NCBI GenBank assembly: GCA_963731865.1
Contig: CAVSXG010000002.1
Coordinates: 1,898,692-1,962,691 of the forward strand
From: an uncultured Chloroflexia bacterium
GTDB lineage: Bacteria > Chloroflexota > Limnocylindria > Limnocylindrales > CSP1-4
Direction: 5' to 3'
DNA: 64,000 nucleotides
Under the pieces are notes generated by a model that was not told the origin of the DNA, ran no database searches, and saw nothing but the letters and a program-made list of their open reading frames with translations. The translations under genes and the position numbers were made by a program. Below are positions 28,352 through 36,732 of the stretch, one piece after another; within the stretch, counting starts at the first letter, position 1; each line of letters starts with the position of its first letter.

Positions 28352-29619
28352 CGCGAACGGCCCCGCTGCGTCGTCGGACGAAACGATCCGTCGCGATGAT
28401 CGTGGCGTCGATCACGGTGACGGCGGCAATCTCGCTGGCAATGGACGCCGTGCTCATCCGTTTTGCGGCCGACGTGCCCTTCGCGATCCTCGCCGGCGCC
28501 GTCCTGTTCACCGGCACCGGGATCATGCAATCGGTGGTTGGTGGCATCATCGAATGGGGCAGGCCCGGGCACGGGATCGGCCGCCTCATGTTGCTTGGGG
28601 GCCCGCTCTACGCGATCGCGGCCTCGGGCTGGACAACGGCCGACAGGCTCCGACCGTTCATTGAACCTGCCCTCTATCAATGGTTCAGCTGGGGCGTGGC
28701 CGTCCTGATCTCGTATCCAGCCGTGGCAATTCTCGCGTGCTGGATTCCACTCTTGTTCCCGACCGGGAAGCTGCCGAGTCCGAGGTGGCGGGTTCCTGCC
28801 GCCTTCCTCCTGACGCTGACGGGTGTCGGCGTGGTAGCGGCGGCCTTCCGCCCGGGACCGCCACTGGGAGCACCGGATGCCGAACTGGTAAACCCTATCG
28901 GGATCGAGGGTTGGCCCGAATTCCTTCAGCCGTTGGTCGATGCGGTCCCGTTCGCGGTGCTGGCGACGCTCGTCCTGGCCGTGGTGGCCTTGGTCACCCG
29001 TTACCGTCGAGGCGATCGGATCGAGCGGCTCCAGATCCGATGGTTCGTCGCCGCCGTCCTCATCGTGCCGATCTCGCTCGTCGGAGTCCTCATCGAGCTT
29101 GCCCTCCGCGCCGCGGGGATGTTCGGCGGCGCGACTGGCCCTGGATCCGGCCCAAACGCGCTCGTCTCCGTCCTCGTGTCGTACGCGGGCATCTTCGCGA
29201 TGCCGATTGCGATCGGGATCGCGGTGACGCGTCATCGGCTTTACGAGATCGACCGGCTCATCAGCCGCACGATCGGGTGGGCGTTGGTGTCGGGCGTGCT
29301 CGTCCTGGTGTTCGCCGGAACCGTATTGGGACTCCAGGCGCTCCTCGACCGCGTGACCCAGGGTGAGACCCTGGCTGTGGCCGCGTCCACCCTCGTCGCG
29401 TTTGCCCTGTTCCAGCCCCTTCGCCGGCGCGTCCAGACGGCGGTCGATCGCCGCTTCGACCGCGCGCGATACGACGGCGAACGGACCGCGGTCGCATTCG
29501 CGGAGCGCCTGCGGGAACAGGTCGACCTCGCGGGGCTGGAGGCCGACCTTGCCCTGACCGTCGAGGCCGCGCTGCGCCCGAGCTCGACTGGTCTGTGGAT
29601 CCGCGGAGCTGCCCGATGA
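28348..29619 (+). CDS. Paralog 6 of 7, same family.
   Basis: ATGA overlap; 423 aa. Motifs: VNPIGIEG, RLQIRWF, IAVTRHRLYEIDRLISRTIGWA, VDRRFDRARYDGERT, LWIR. Confidence 0.85.
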   Translation: MTRTAPLRRRTKRSVAMIVASITVTAAISLAMDAVLIRFAADVPFAILAGAVLFTGTGIMQSVVGGIIEWGRPGHGIGRLMLLGGPLYAIAASGWTTADRLRPFIEPALYQWFSWGVAVLISYPAVAILACWIPLLFPTGKLPSPRWRVPAAFLLTLTGVGVVAAAFRPGPPLGAPDAELVNPIGIEGWPEFLQPLVDAVPFAVLATLVLAVVALVTRYRRGDRIERLQIRWFVAAVLIVPISLVGVLIELALRAAGMFGGATGPGSGPNALVSVLVSYAGIFAMPIAIGIAVTRHRLYEIDRLISRTIGWALVSGVLVLVFAGTVLGLQALLDRVTQGETLAVAASTLVAFALFQPLRRRVQTAVDRRFDRARYDGERTAVAFAERLREQVDLAGLEADLALTVEAALRPSSTGLWIRGAAR

Positions 29620-30851
29620 ATGCCGCGCGGTTGGTGGCCGCTGTGGTGGTGGTCCTGACGGTGGCCATGAACGCTGGGACGGCTTGGGTCTTGTTCGGCA
29701 CGGAGTTCCTCAGCCGCTACGCCCAACCGGGCCTGACCGAGTCCTACGTCGTGTTCGTGTACGCCGCGGTCGCCGGGTTCGCGGCGGTCTCGACAAGCTA
29801 CGTCCTGGTGGGCTTGTTGCTCTCCGGACGGCGGGGCGCAGGCCGGATCGCTACCGTATTGCTGGCCGGCGGTGCCCTGCTCGCGGCGACGCCGTTCGGC
29901 TACAGCGTCGGTGGCGAGTTCGCCGCACGGGCTCCAGCAAACGCGCTCGCGAATGCCCTGTTCCTCATCGGTCCCGTTGCCTTCGGGACCGCGTTCTCAC
30001 TGATCCTCCCCGGCCTCGCCCTCGTGTTCCCGACAGGCGCGCTTCCGTCGCGTCGCTGGCGTTTGCCCGTAGGGCTTGTTGCCGCCGCGCTTGGCGTCGG
30101 GACGGCCATCGTACTGGCGAAGCCGGGACCGATCACGGGAGCGGCTGGTACCCACAACCCGTTCGGGATCGATGGCCTGCCGGTGGGCCTCGTCGATGCG
30201 GCTCCGGCATTGCTCTCGGGCGCGATCGTCGGGTTCACGATCCTCGGCGTGGCAGCCGTCCTCACTCGCTATCGGCATGGGGATGTGACCCTGCGGCAAC
30301 AACTCAAGTGGTTTGTCGCAGCGGCATTGCTCGTCGCTGTACCGCTGCCCCTTTCGGTCATCCCAGGTGAGAGCGGGCCATTCTGGGGGGCGCTCGCCTG
30401 CGTGGGGCTCCTCCTCGTGCCGGTCTCTGTCGGCATCGCGGTGACGCGGCACCGGCTCTACGAGATCGATCGGTTCGTCAGCCGCGGCCTGTCGTGGGCC
30501 GTCCTCAGTGGCCTGTTGCTCGCCGTGTACGGCGGCGCAGTCATCCTGCTGCAGGGCGTGCTCAATGGCGTAACGCAAGGCGAGACGCTGGCCGTCGCCG
30601 GTTCGACCCTCCTCGCCGCGGCCTTGTTCCAGCCGCTCCGTCGGCGCATCCAGGCCGGGGTCGACCACCGCTTCAACCGGGCCCGATACGACGCCGAGCG
30701 AACCGCGAACGACTTCGCGGAGCGCCTTCGGGACGAAGTCGATCTCGTCTCGCTCAGCGAAGGTATCGGCACTGTCGTGGACACCGCACTTCGCCCGACC
30801 TCGGTCGGCGTCTGGATCCGAAAACCGGTGCCCACCACCCCAGCCAACTAA
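29616..30851 (+). CDS. Paralog 7 of 7, same family.
   Basis: Start refined to the ATG at 29616 (ATGA overlap); 411 aa. Motifs: HNPFGIDG, RQQLKWF, IAVTRHRLYEIDRFVSRGLSWA, VDHRFNRARYDAERT, VWIR. Confidence 0.85.
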   Translation: MNAARLVAAVVVVLTVAMNAGTAWVLFGTEFLSRYAQPGLTESYVVFVYAAVAGFAAVSTSYVLVGLLLSGRRGAGRIATVLLAGGALLAATPFGYSVGGEFAARAPANALANALFLIGPVAFGTAFSLILPGLALVFPTGALPSRRWRLPVGLVAAALGVGTAIVLAKPGPITGAAGTHNPFGIDGLPVGLVDAAPALLSGAIVGFTILGVAAVLTRYRHGDVTLRQQLKWFVAAALLVAVPLPLSVIPGESGPFWGALACVGLLLVPVSVGIAVTRHRLYEIDRFVSRGLSWAVLSGLLLAVYGGAVILLQGVLNGVTQGETLAVAGSTLLAAALFQPLRRRIQAGVDHRFNRARYDAERTANDFAERLRDEVDLVSLSEGIGTVVDTALRPTSVGVWIRKPVPTTPAN

Positions 30852-30925
30852 CACCGTAACGATTTCCGGACACCCCACGACCATCGTGGGGTCCTGACAA
30901 CGAAGTGACCAGGAGGACGATGACA

Positions 30926-31324
30926 ATGACCAGGCAGGGGTTCATGGGCCTGGCCGCCGGTGTATCTGTCGTCACGGGCTTGGCCACTCTGCTCGCGCCG
31001 GCTCAGATTGCCTCGGTTTTCGGCGTGGCGCTCAACGACGCAGGCATCGCGCAGACACGCCTCCTCGGTGCGGCATATATCGGCTACGCGGTAATCGTCT
31101 GGTTCGGCAAGGACGTTCAGGACCACGCCGCCCGCCGTGCGATCGCGCTGGGGAACGTCGTGAGCTACGCGCTCTCGGCGGTCGTGACCGTGGTCGCACT
31201 GGGCCTCGGACTCGCCGGAATGCAGTCATGGTCACTCGTGGTTCTGGAAGTTGTCTTCACGGCGGCATGGGGGTACCTCGCCTTCATCGATCGGGCCGAA
31301 GGCGTCGTGGTGAACACCAGATGA
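30926..31324 (+). CDS. Small 4-TM membrane protein, family unknown.
   Basis: AGGAGG lies 9 nt before the ATG at 30926. MTRQGFMGLAAGVSVVTGLATLLAP...; 132 aa. Its stop forms an ATGA overlap with an ATG at 31321. Confidence 0.6.
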   Translation: MTRQGFMGLAAGVSVVTGLATLLAPAQIASVFGVALNDAGIAQTRLLGAAYIGYAVIVWFGKDVQDHAARRAIALGNVVSYALSAVVTVVALGLGLAGMQSWSLVVLEVVFTAAWGYLAFIDRAEGVVVNTR

Positions 31325-31360
31325 CCGCATTGACCCGTCCGATCCGCCGGCTGTTCGGTC

Positions 31361-32947
31361 GTGGCGACCCTGCAGCGGAGACTCTCGAGCCCTCCGACGG
31401 ATCCCGAGGTGGCGGTCCCTGCCGCCGCGGTCGAACCCACCAGCACGATCGCAATCGACATCGCGGAGGACGATGCGCTCCTCCCGTACCTCCAGTCTGC
31501 AGCTGGTCCGGTGGATCTCGCCCGACTCGAGCTCGACTCATCGGCCGTCACGGCCCTGCGCGAGGCGGGCGTCGCGCTCGTCGTCCCGCTCGTCTCCCAG
31601 GGCGAGCTGATCGGCACGCTGAACCTCGGCCCGCGGCTTTCGGAGCAGGAGTACTCCACCGACGATCGCCGCCTCCTGACGACCCTCGCCGCCCAGGCCG
31701 CACCGGCCATCCGCGTCGCGCAGCTGGTCCGTGAGCAGGCCCATGAAGCCGCCGAGCGCGAGCGCCTCAACCAGGAGATGCGCGTCGCGACCCTCATCCA
31801 GCAGCAGTTCCTGCCTCGAGAGCTGCCGAACCTGCCGCAATGGCAGATCGCCGCCTATTACGGCCCGGCTCGAGCGGTCGGTGGCGACTTCTACGACTTC
31901 ATCGAGATGTCCGACGGTCGCATCGGGATCGCCGTCGGCGACGTCACGGACAAGGGCGTACCCGCGGCCCTAGTCATGGCCCGAACCCATTCAATCCTCC
32001 GGGCTGAAGCCAGCCGGAGCGATTCACCCGGCGAGATCCTCGCCCGTGCGAACGCGCTCCTCGAGCCAGAGATGCCGGCGCGGATGTTCGTGACCTGCCT
32101 CTTCGCGATCCTGGAGCCCAGCACGGGCCGGATCGTGATGGCCAATGCCGGGCACAACCTGCCCTACATCCGCACGGACGATGGGGTCGTCGAGCTGCGG
32201 GCCACTGGGATGCCGCTGGGCCTCATGCCCGGCATCCGATACGAAGAGGTCGAGGGCGTGATTGCCCCGGGCAGCAACGTCCTGCTCTACTCGGACGGAC
32301 TCGTGGAGGCGCACGACCCGAACCAGGAGATGTACGGCTTCCCGCGCCTGCGCGAGGCGATGACGATCGACGACGCCGGCAGCGAGCTCCTCGACCGCTT
32401 GCTCGAAACCCTTGACGTGTTCACCGGTCCCGATTGGGAGCAGGAAGACGACATCACCCTCGTGACGCTGCGGCGTGCATCCGGGGTGTCGGGCCACGAC
32501 GGTGAGGTCGCGAACGTCAGGTCGGCGTTCTCGATCCCGGGCGAGGAGGGGAACGAACGACTCGCCATGGACCGGGTAGCCGCAACCGTCGCCGACCTCG
32601 GACTGTCCCCTGCCCGCCTCGAGCGTCTGAAGACCGCCGTCAGCGAGGCAACCATGAACGCCATCGAGTACGGCAGCCAGGGTCGCGCGGACGTCCCGGT
32701 CGAAATCGAGGTCGAGGCAACGCTCGAGAACGTCATCGTCCGCGTCACCGATCGCGCCCTGTCGGGCGTGGTGCCGGACGACGCCGAGACGCCCGATATC
32801 GAGCTCAAGCTGGCCGGCGAACAGAAGCCGCGCGGCTGGGGGCTCTTCCTCATCAAGAGCATGGTGGATTCGATGGACGTGACCAGCGACGGGTCGACCC
32901 AGACGGTGACCCTGACGATGGCGCGCGAGGAGCGAACCGATGGATGA
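31361..32947 (+). CDS. Fusion protein: GAF-like N-terminal domain, PP2C/SpoIIE-type phosphatase, and a RsbW/SpoIIAB-like HATPase (anti-sigma-type Ser kinase) domain.
   Basis: GAF-like region: VPLVSQGELIGTLNLGPRLSEQEYSTDDRRLLTTLAAQAAPAIRVA. PP2C region: ...YYGPARAVGGDFYDFIEMSDGRIGIAVGDVTDKGVPAALVMA...LLYSDGLVEAHD. HATPase region: ...LKTAVSEATMNAIEYGSQG...RGWGLFLIKSMVDSMDV. The true start may be the ATG at 31321 (MTALTRPIRRLFGRGDPAAETLE...), joined by a frame slip near 31395. Confidence 0.85.
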   Translation: MATLQRRLSSPPTDPEVAVPAAAVEPTSTIAIDIAEDDALLPYLQSAAGPVDLARLELDSSAVTALREAGVALVVPLVSQGELIGTLNLGPRLSEQEYSTDDRRLLTTLAAQAAPAIRVAQLVREQAHEAAERERLNQEMRVATLIQQQFLPRELPNLPQWQIAAYYGPARAVGGDFYDFIEMSDGRIGIAVGDVTDKGVPAALVMARTHSILRAEASRSDSPGEILARANALLEPEMPARMFVTCLFAILEPSTGRIVMANAGHNLPYIRTDDGVVELRATGMPLGLMPGIRYEEVEGVIAPGSNVLLYSDGLVEAHDPNQEMYGFPRLREAMTIDDAGSELLDRLLETLDVFTGPDWEQEDDITLVTLRRASGVSGHDGEVANVRSAFSIPGEEGNERLAMDRVAATVADLGLSPARLERLKTAVSEATMNAIEYGSQGRADVPVEIEVEATLENVIVRVTDRALSGVVPDDAETPDIELKLAGEQKPRGWGLFLIKSMVDSMDVTSDGSTQTVTLTMAREERTDG

Positions 32948-33272
32948 ACGACCTTTTGGCGCGGAGATCAGTGAGGTTCCAGAAGAGATCCGCGTGCGTC
33001 TGAGCGGCGACCTCAACGGCCGCGCCGACGAGATGCTCGCGGACACCTATCGCCGCGTGGTCGAGCTGGGTCCCCGGCGTGTCAGCCTCGACTTCGGGCG
33101 CGTCGGCTACATCAACAGCACCGGGATCGCGCTTGTCGTGCGGCTCCTGGCCGAGGCGCGCCGCGATGGACGTGCCGTCCGGGCGCTCGGCCTCACCGAG
33201 CACTACCGGGAGATCTTCCGGATCACCCGCCTGTCTGACTTCATGGAAATCGTCGAAGGAGACGCCGCATGA
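32940..33272 (+). CDS. STAS-domain anti-sigma-factor antagonist (RsbV/SpoIIAA-like), copy 1.
   Basis: 110 aa. ...VSLDFGRVGYINSTGIALVVRLL...LTEHYREIFRITRLSDFMEI. A Ser/Thr sits at the phospho-acceptor position (INSTG). 8-nt overlap with the upstream gene. Confidence 0.85.
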   Translation: MDERPFGAEISEVPEEIRVRLSGDLNGRADEMLADTYRRVVELGPRRVSLDFGRVGYINSTGIALVVRLLAEARRDGRAVRALGLTEHYREIFRITRLSDFMEIVEGDAA

Positions 33273-33616
33273 ACGCGACCGTCATCGATCTCGATCGGTC
33301 AGGATCCGCGGCGATCCTGCGCATCGCCGGCGACGTCACGTCGGCAAGCGAACCTGACCTGATGGCCGGCTACGCCCAGGCCGCCGAGGGTGGCGCCGGT
33401 GTCGTCGTCCTCGATTTTGCCGGACTCGAGTACATGAACAGTGGTGGCATCGGGCTGCTCGTCACCCTGCTCGTCCGGGCCCAGCGCACCGGCACGCGCC
33501 TGCTGGCCACGGGCCTGTCCGAGCATTACCGCCAGATCCTCTCCATCACCCGGCTCGACGAGGCGATCGAGATCCACGAAGACGAAACCGCAGCCCTTGC
33601 CGCTGCAAGCGCCTGA
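33269..33616 (+). CDS. STAS-domain anti-sigma-factor antagonist, copy 2.
   Basis: 115 aa. ...VVLDFAGLEYMNSGGIGLLVTLL...LSEHYRQILSITRLDEAIEI. ATGA overlap with copy 1. Confidence 0.85.
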   Translation: MNATVIDLDRSGSAAILRIAGDVTSASEPDLMAGYAQAAEGGAGVVVLDFAGLEYMNSGGIGLLVTLLVRAQRTGTRLLATGLSEHYRQILSITRLDEAIEIHEDETAALAAASA

Positions 33617-33643
33617 TGCCGCCGCACCGGGCAGGAGGATGAG

Positions 33644-34393
33644 ATGACGAACCAGGTAGCCGAGAAGCGCCCCGCCGACACAGGCCGAGACTCCGGAAAT
33701 TGGGCGCCGTCGGTCGACCGGCTGTCGGCGGCCGGCGTGGAAGGTGCGAAGGTCGACTCGGTCACTGGCAAACGAGTGGCAGGCCCGCTGCAGGGGTTTG
33801 GTCAGCTTTGGCAGCGGACATACAACGTCCAACTTACAAATACCGCCGTCACGCCTCAGCAGCTCATCGCGGCATGGAAAGACGGGTTCTCCACGTTCTG
33901 GCCAAAGAACGCGACGTTCTACGCCCCCCTGGCCGGCATTGCGCCCGGTGAAGTTGCGCTCTTCGACGTGGCGCCGATGCCAGGGTCGCCGGTCAAGCTC
34001 TCAACGGGCGTCATGGTCCTGTATGCGGATGATGAGTCGTTCACATTCATGACCCCCGAAGGCCACACCCTGTCGGCGTGGATCACGTTCTCGGCCTACC
34101 GCGAGGGTGACGTCACCGTCGCCCAGGCGCAGGCGCTGGAGCGAGCGTCCGACCCGCTCGACGAGATGATCTACATCCTCACCAGCAAGCTCATGGATCG
34201 GTTCTGGGGCGAGACTCTCACGAACCTGGCCCGCCACGTTGGCGTCGCGGAACCGGCCATCGAGACGCGCGTCGTGTGCGTCGACAAACGCCGTCAATGG
34301 CGCTATGTGCGCAACCTGCGCAACAGCGCATCGATCCGCACGGTCCGTCGAACCCTCGGTGCGCCGGTCCGACTGCTCACTGGCCGCCGCTAG
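33644..34393 (+). CDS. Conserved-looking hypothetical protein (249 aa). The possibly DUF1990-like assignment is weak.
   Basis: Non-repetitive composition. It starts 27 nt after the STAS gene and is the last gene of the same-strand cluster. ...FTFMTPEGHTLSAWITFSAYREGD... vaguely recalls DUF1990. Confidence 0.55.
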   Translation: MTNQVAEKRPADTGRDSGNWAPSVDRLSAAGVEGAKVDSVTGKRVAGPLQGFGQLWQRTYNVQLTNTAVTPQQLIAAWKDGFSTFWPKNATFYAPLAGIAPGEVALFDVAPMPGSPVKLSTGVMVLYADDESFTFMTPEGHTLSAWITFSAYREGDVTVAQAQALERASDPLDEMIYILTSKLMDRFWGETLTNLARHVGVAEPAIETRVVCVDKRRQWRYVRNLRNSASIRTVRRTLGAPVRLLTGRR

Positions 34394-34426
34394 CGGATCT
34401 GGCCCGGACGGCGGGCGTTCCGACCG

Positions 34427-35422
34427 CTACGCGCTGCGGTGCTCCTCGGCTAGCGCTTCGAGCTCGACCGGGTTCAACGCCTCCGGCGACGCCTCGGCCA
34501 CGCGGGCGCGGGTCGTCGCACGGAGCGTCGCGGTTCGGGTGCCACCCTCAAGGACGGCGCGCTCGCCAACCACGGCACCCGGTCCGATCTCGGCAACGTG
34601 TTCGCCATCGCGCTCGACGACGAACACGCCGTCGAGGATCAGGAAGATCTGGGTCGCCTGTTCGCCCTGGGTCGTCAGTGCGTCGCCCGCCTCGAGCGTC
34701 CTGATCGCCGGCTTGGTGCCAACGCCCATGATCCCCGCGGACAGCCGGCGCTCCAGCGCCGACTCGACGGCACTCACGATCGCGGGTGAATCGGAGGCGC
34801 CCCACGGCGTCTCGTCGCCAAACAATTCGTTGAACCACTTCTTGAAGTCAATAACGCCGGACTTCTGGACAAGCATTCCGTCGTTGTCGTAGATCCAATG
34901 GCGGGGGAACGGACTGGCTCCGACAAGCGCCGACGTGGATGAGCCGTCGACGTTGATCGTCAGTTCCAGGGTCGTCCACGCGATCGACGGCCAGAACTGG
35001 CCGTACGGCTTGCGGGCGACCGGCCGCGGTGTCGGGATGCCCATGCGACCGCCAACGGTTTGCACGAAGCGGGCGGACGTCGGCCCCACTTCAGGCTCAC
35101 GCTTGATGTCGGGCAGGTGCACGGCGGGGAATCGAATCGCCGCCGGTCCAATCCGAACCGTGGTGGCGCCAATGTGCCCACCACCCAGGTAGCCCGTCCC
35201 CACGATCTGCCCGTCCTCCACGTCGACGTACGCGCGAAGCTCGTTGGCCTCCCGGAAACGGTCCGTCTTGCGGAGCCCTTCGAGATCCTCGAGCCGATCG
35301 GGCGGTGGCTGGTCGTAGTGCGTGACACCGAGTTCGAACGGGATCCTGGACACGCCTTCGATGGCCTCGGACGGGATCCAGGAAATGGCCGTGACGGTTG
35401 CCTCGTGCCGTGTGCGCACCAT
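34427..35422 (-). CDS. Protein with an unrecognised roughly 230-aa N-terminal domain and a C-terminal cyclic-nucleotide-binding (CAP_ED) domain.
   Basis: Start refined to MVRTRHEATVTAISWIPSEA (GGAG upstream). C-terminus: ...LEAGDALTTQGEQATQIFLILDGVFVVERDGEHVAEIGPGAVVGERAVLEGGTRTATLRATTRARV. Confidence 0.75.
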   Translation of the reverse strand: MVRTRHEATVTAISWIPSEAIEGVSRIPFELGVTHYDQPPPDRLEDLEGLRKTDRFREANELRAYVDVEDGQIVGTGYLGGGHIGATTVRIGPAAIRFPAVHLPDIKREPEVGPTSARFVQTVGGRMGIPTPRPVARKPYGQFWPSIAWTTLELTINVDGSSTSALVGASPFPRHWIYDNDGMLVQKSGVIDFKKWFNELFGDETPWGASDSPAIVSAVESALERRLSAGIMGVGTKPAIRTLEAGDALTTQGEQATQIFLILDGVFVVERDGEHVAEIGPGAVVGERAVLEGGTRTATLRATTRARVAEASPEALNPVELEALAEEHRSA

Positions 35423-35492
35423 CGTCAACTCCGATCGAGGGTTCTGCAGCTGGTTGGGGACGCTCCTTCGAGCGGGCGTCAATGATGCCGGG

Positions 35493-36732
35493 CTAGGCGT
35501 CGATCCGTTCGATCACCGTAGCGATGCCCTGTCCCACCCCGATGCACATCGTCGCGAGGCCGTAGCGACCGCCCGTCCGGCGCAGCTCGTGGGCGAGCAT
35601 CGTGATCAGGCGACCGCCGCTCATGCCCAGCGGGTGACCGAGCGCGATCGCGCCGCCGTTAACGTTGACCTTTTCGGGGTCCAGGCCAAGCTCGTTGATG
35701 CACACGATCGACTGCGACGCGAATGCCTCGTTGAGCTCGACGAGGTCGAGGTCGCCGACGGTGATCCCGGCGCGTTCGAGCGCCTTTCGCGTGGCCGGCA
35801 CGGGGCCGATCGCCCATGACCGCCGGGTCGACACCCGCCACAGCCGTGGAAACGACGCGGGCCATGGGTCGCAGCCCGAGGTCGCGTGCGCGGGTTGCCT
35901 CGACGAGCAGGACCGCCGACGCGCCGTCGTTGATCCCCGACGCGTTGCCCGCAGTGACGGTCCCGTTGTCCCGGAAGGCCGGCCGCAACCGGCCGAGCGC
36001 CTCTGCTGATGCGTCCGCGCGGGGGTGCTCATCGCGGGTGACGACGATCGGGTCGCCTTTCCGCTGCGGGACCTGGATCGGCACGATCTGGTCATCGAAC
36101 CGGCCGGCCTCGATCGCCGCCACCGCTTTCTGCTGGGAGGCGAGGGCGAAGGCGTCCTGCAGGTCGCGACCAACCTCCCACCGCTCCGCGACGTTCTCGG
36201 CCGTCTCGCCCATCGAATACGGGTAGTGGAGCTCGGCGAGCTTTGGGTTGAGGAACCGCCAACCGAGCGTCGTGTCCTCCAGCTCGCGCGGCCCGCGATC
36301 CCACGCCGCCGCGGGCTTGGCCATGACGTATGGCGCCCGGGTCATCGATTCGACGCCGCCGCCGATGAACACGTCCCCATCGCCCACGGCGATCGCGTGC
36401 GCCGCCGAGTTGATCGCCTGCAGCCCGCTGCCACACAGCCGATTGAGCGTGAGCCCTCCGACCTCGACCGGCAGCCCGGCCAGCAGCACTGCCATCCGGG
36501 CCACGTTCCGATTGTCCTCGCCCGCCTGGTTGGCGCAGCCGAGCATCACGTCCTCGATCAGACCAGCGTCGATCCCGGACCGGTCGACGACGGCGCGGAT
36601 CGCGGCGGCCGCGAGATCGTCGGGTCGGACGGACGCGAGGGCGCCGCCATATCGGCCGATCGGCGTCCGGACCGCTTCGATGATCCAGGCATCACGGAGC
36701 GGCCCGGTTCGCGTCTCGAGTCACGACGTCAT
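35493..36732 (-). pseudogene. Acetyl-CoA acetyltransferase / 3-ketoacyl-CoA thiolase (PaaJ-like position). It has an in-frame TGA at codon 4 and a frameshift near 35815 as sequenced.
   Basis: MTS*LETRTGPLRDAWIIEAVRTPIGRYGGAL... NRLCGSGLQAINSAA (active-site Cys) ... [21 protein letters not shown]...[12 protein letters not shown]. The start ATG at 36732 forms an ATGA overlap with the upstream dehydrogenase stop. Confidence 0.85.

Noticed and set aside
36721-36723. The in-frame TGA in the thiolase as selenocysteine or other recoding.
   Set aside because: It is at codon 4 in a non-conserved leader. Thiolases are not selenoproteins, I could see no SECIS-like hairpin, and the window is full of sequence lesions.
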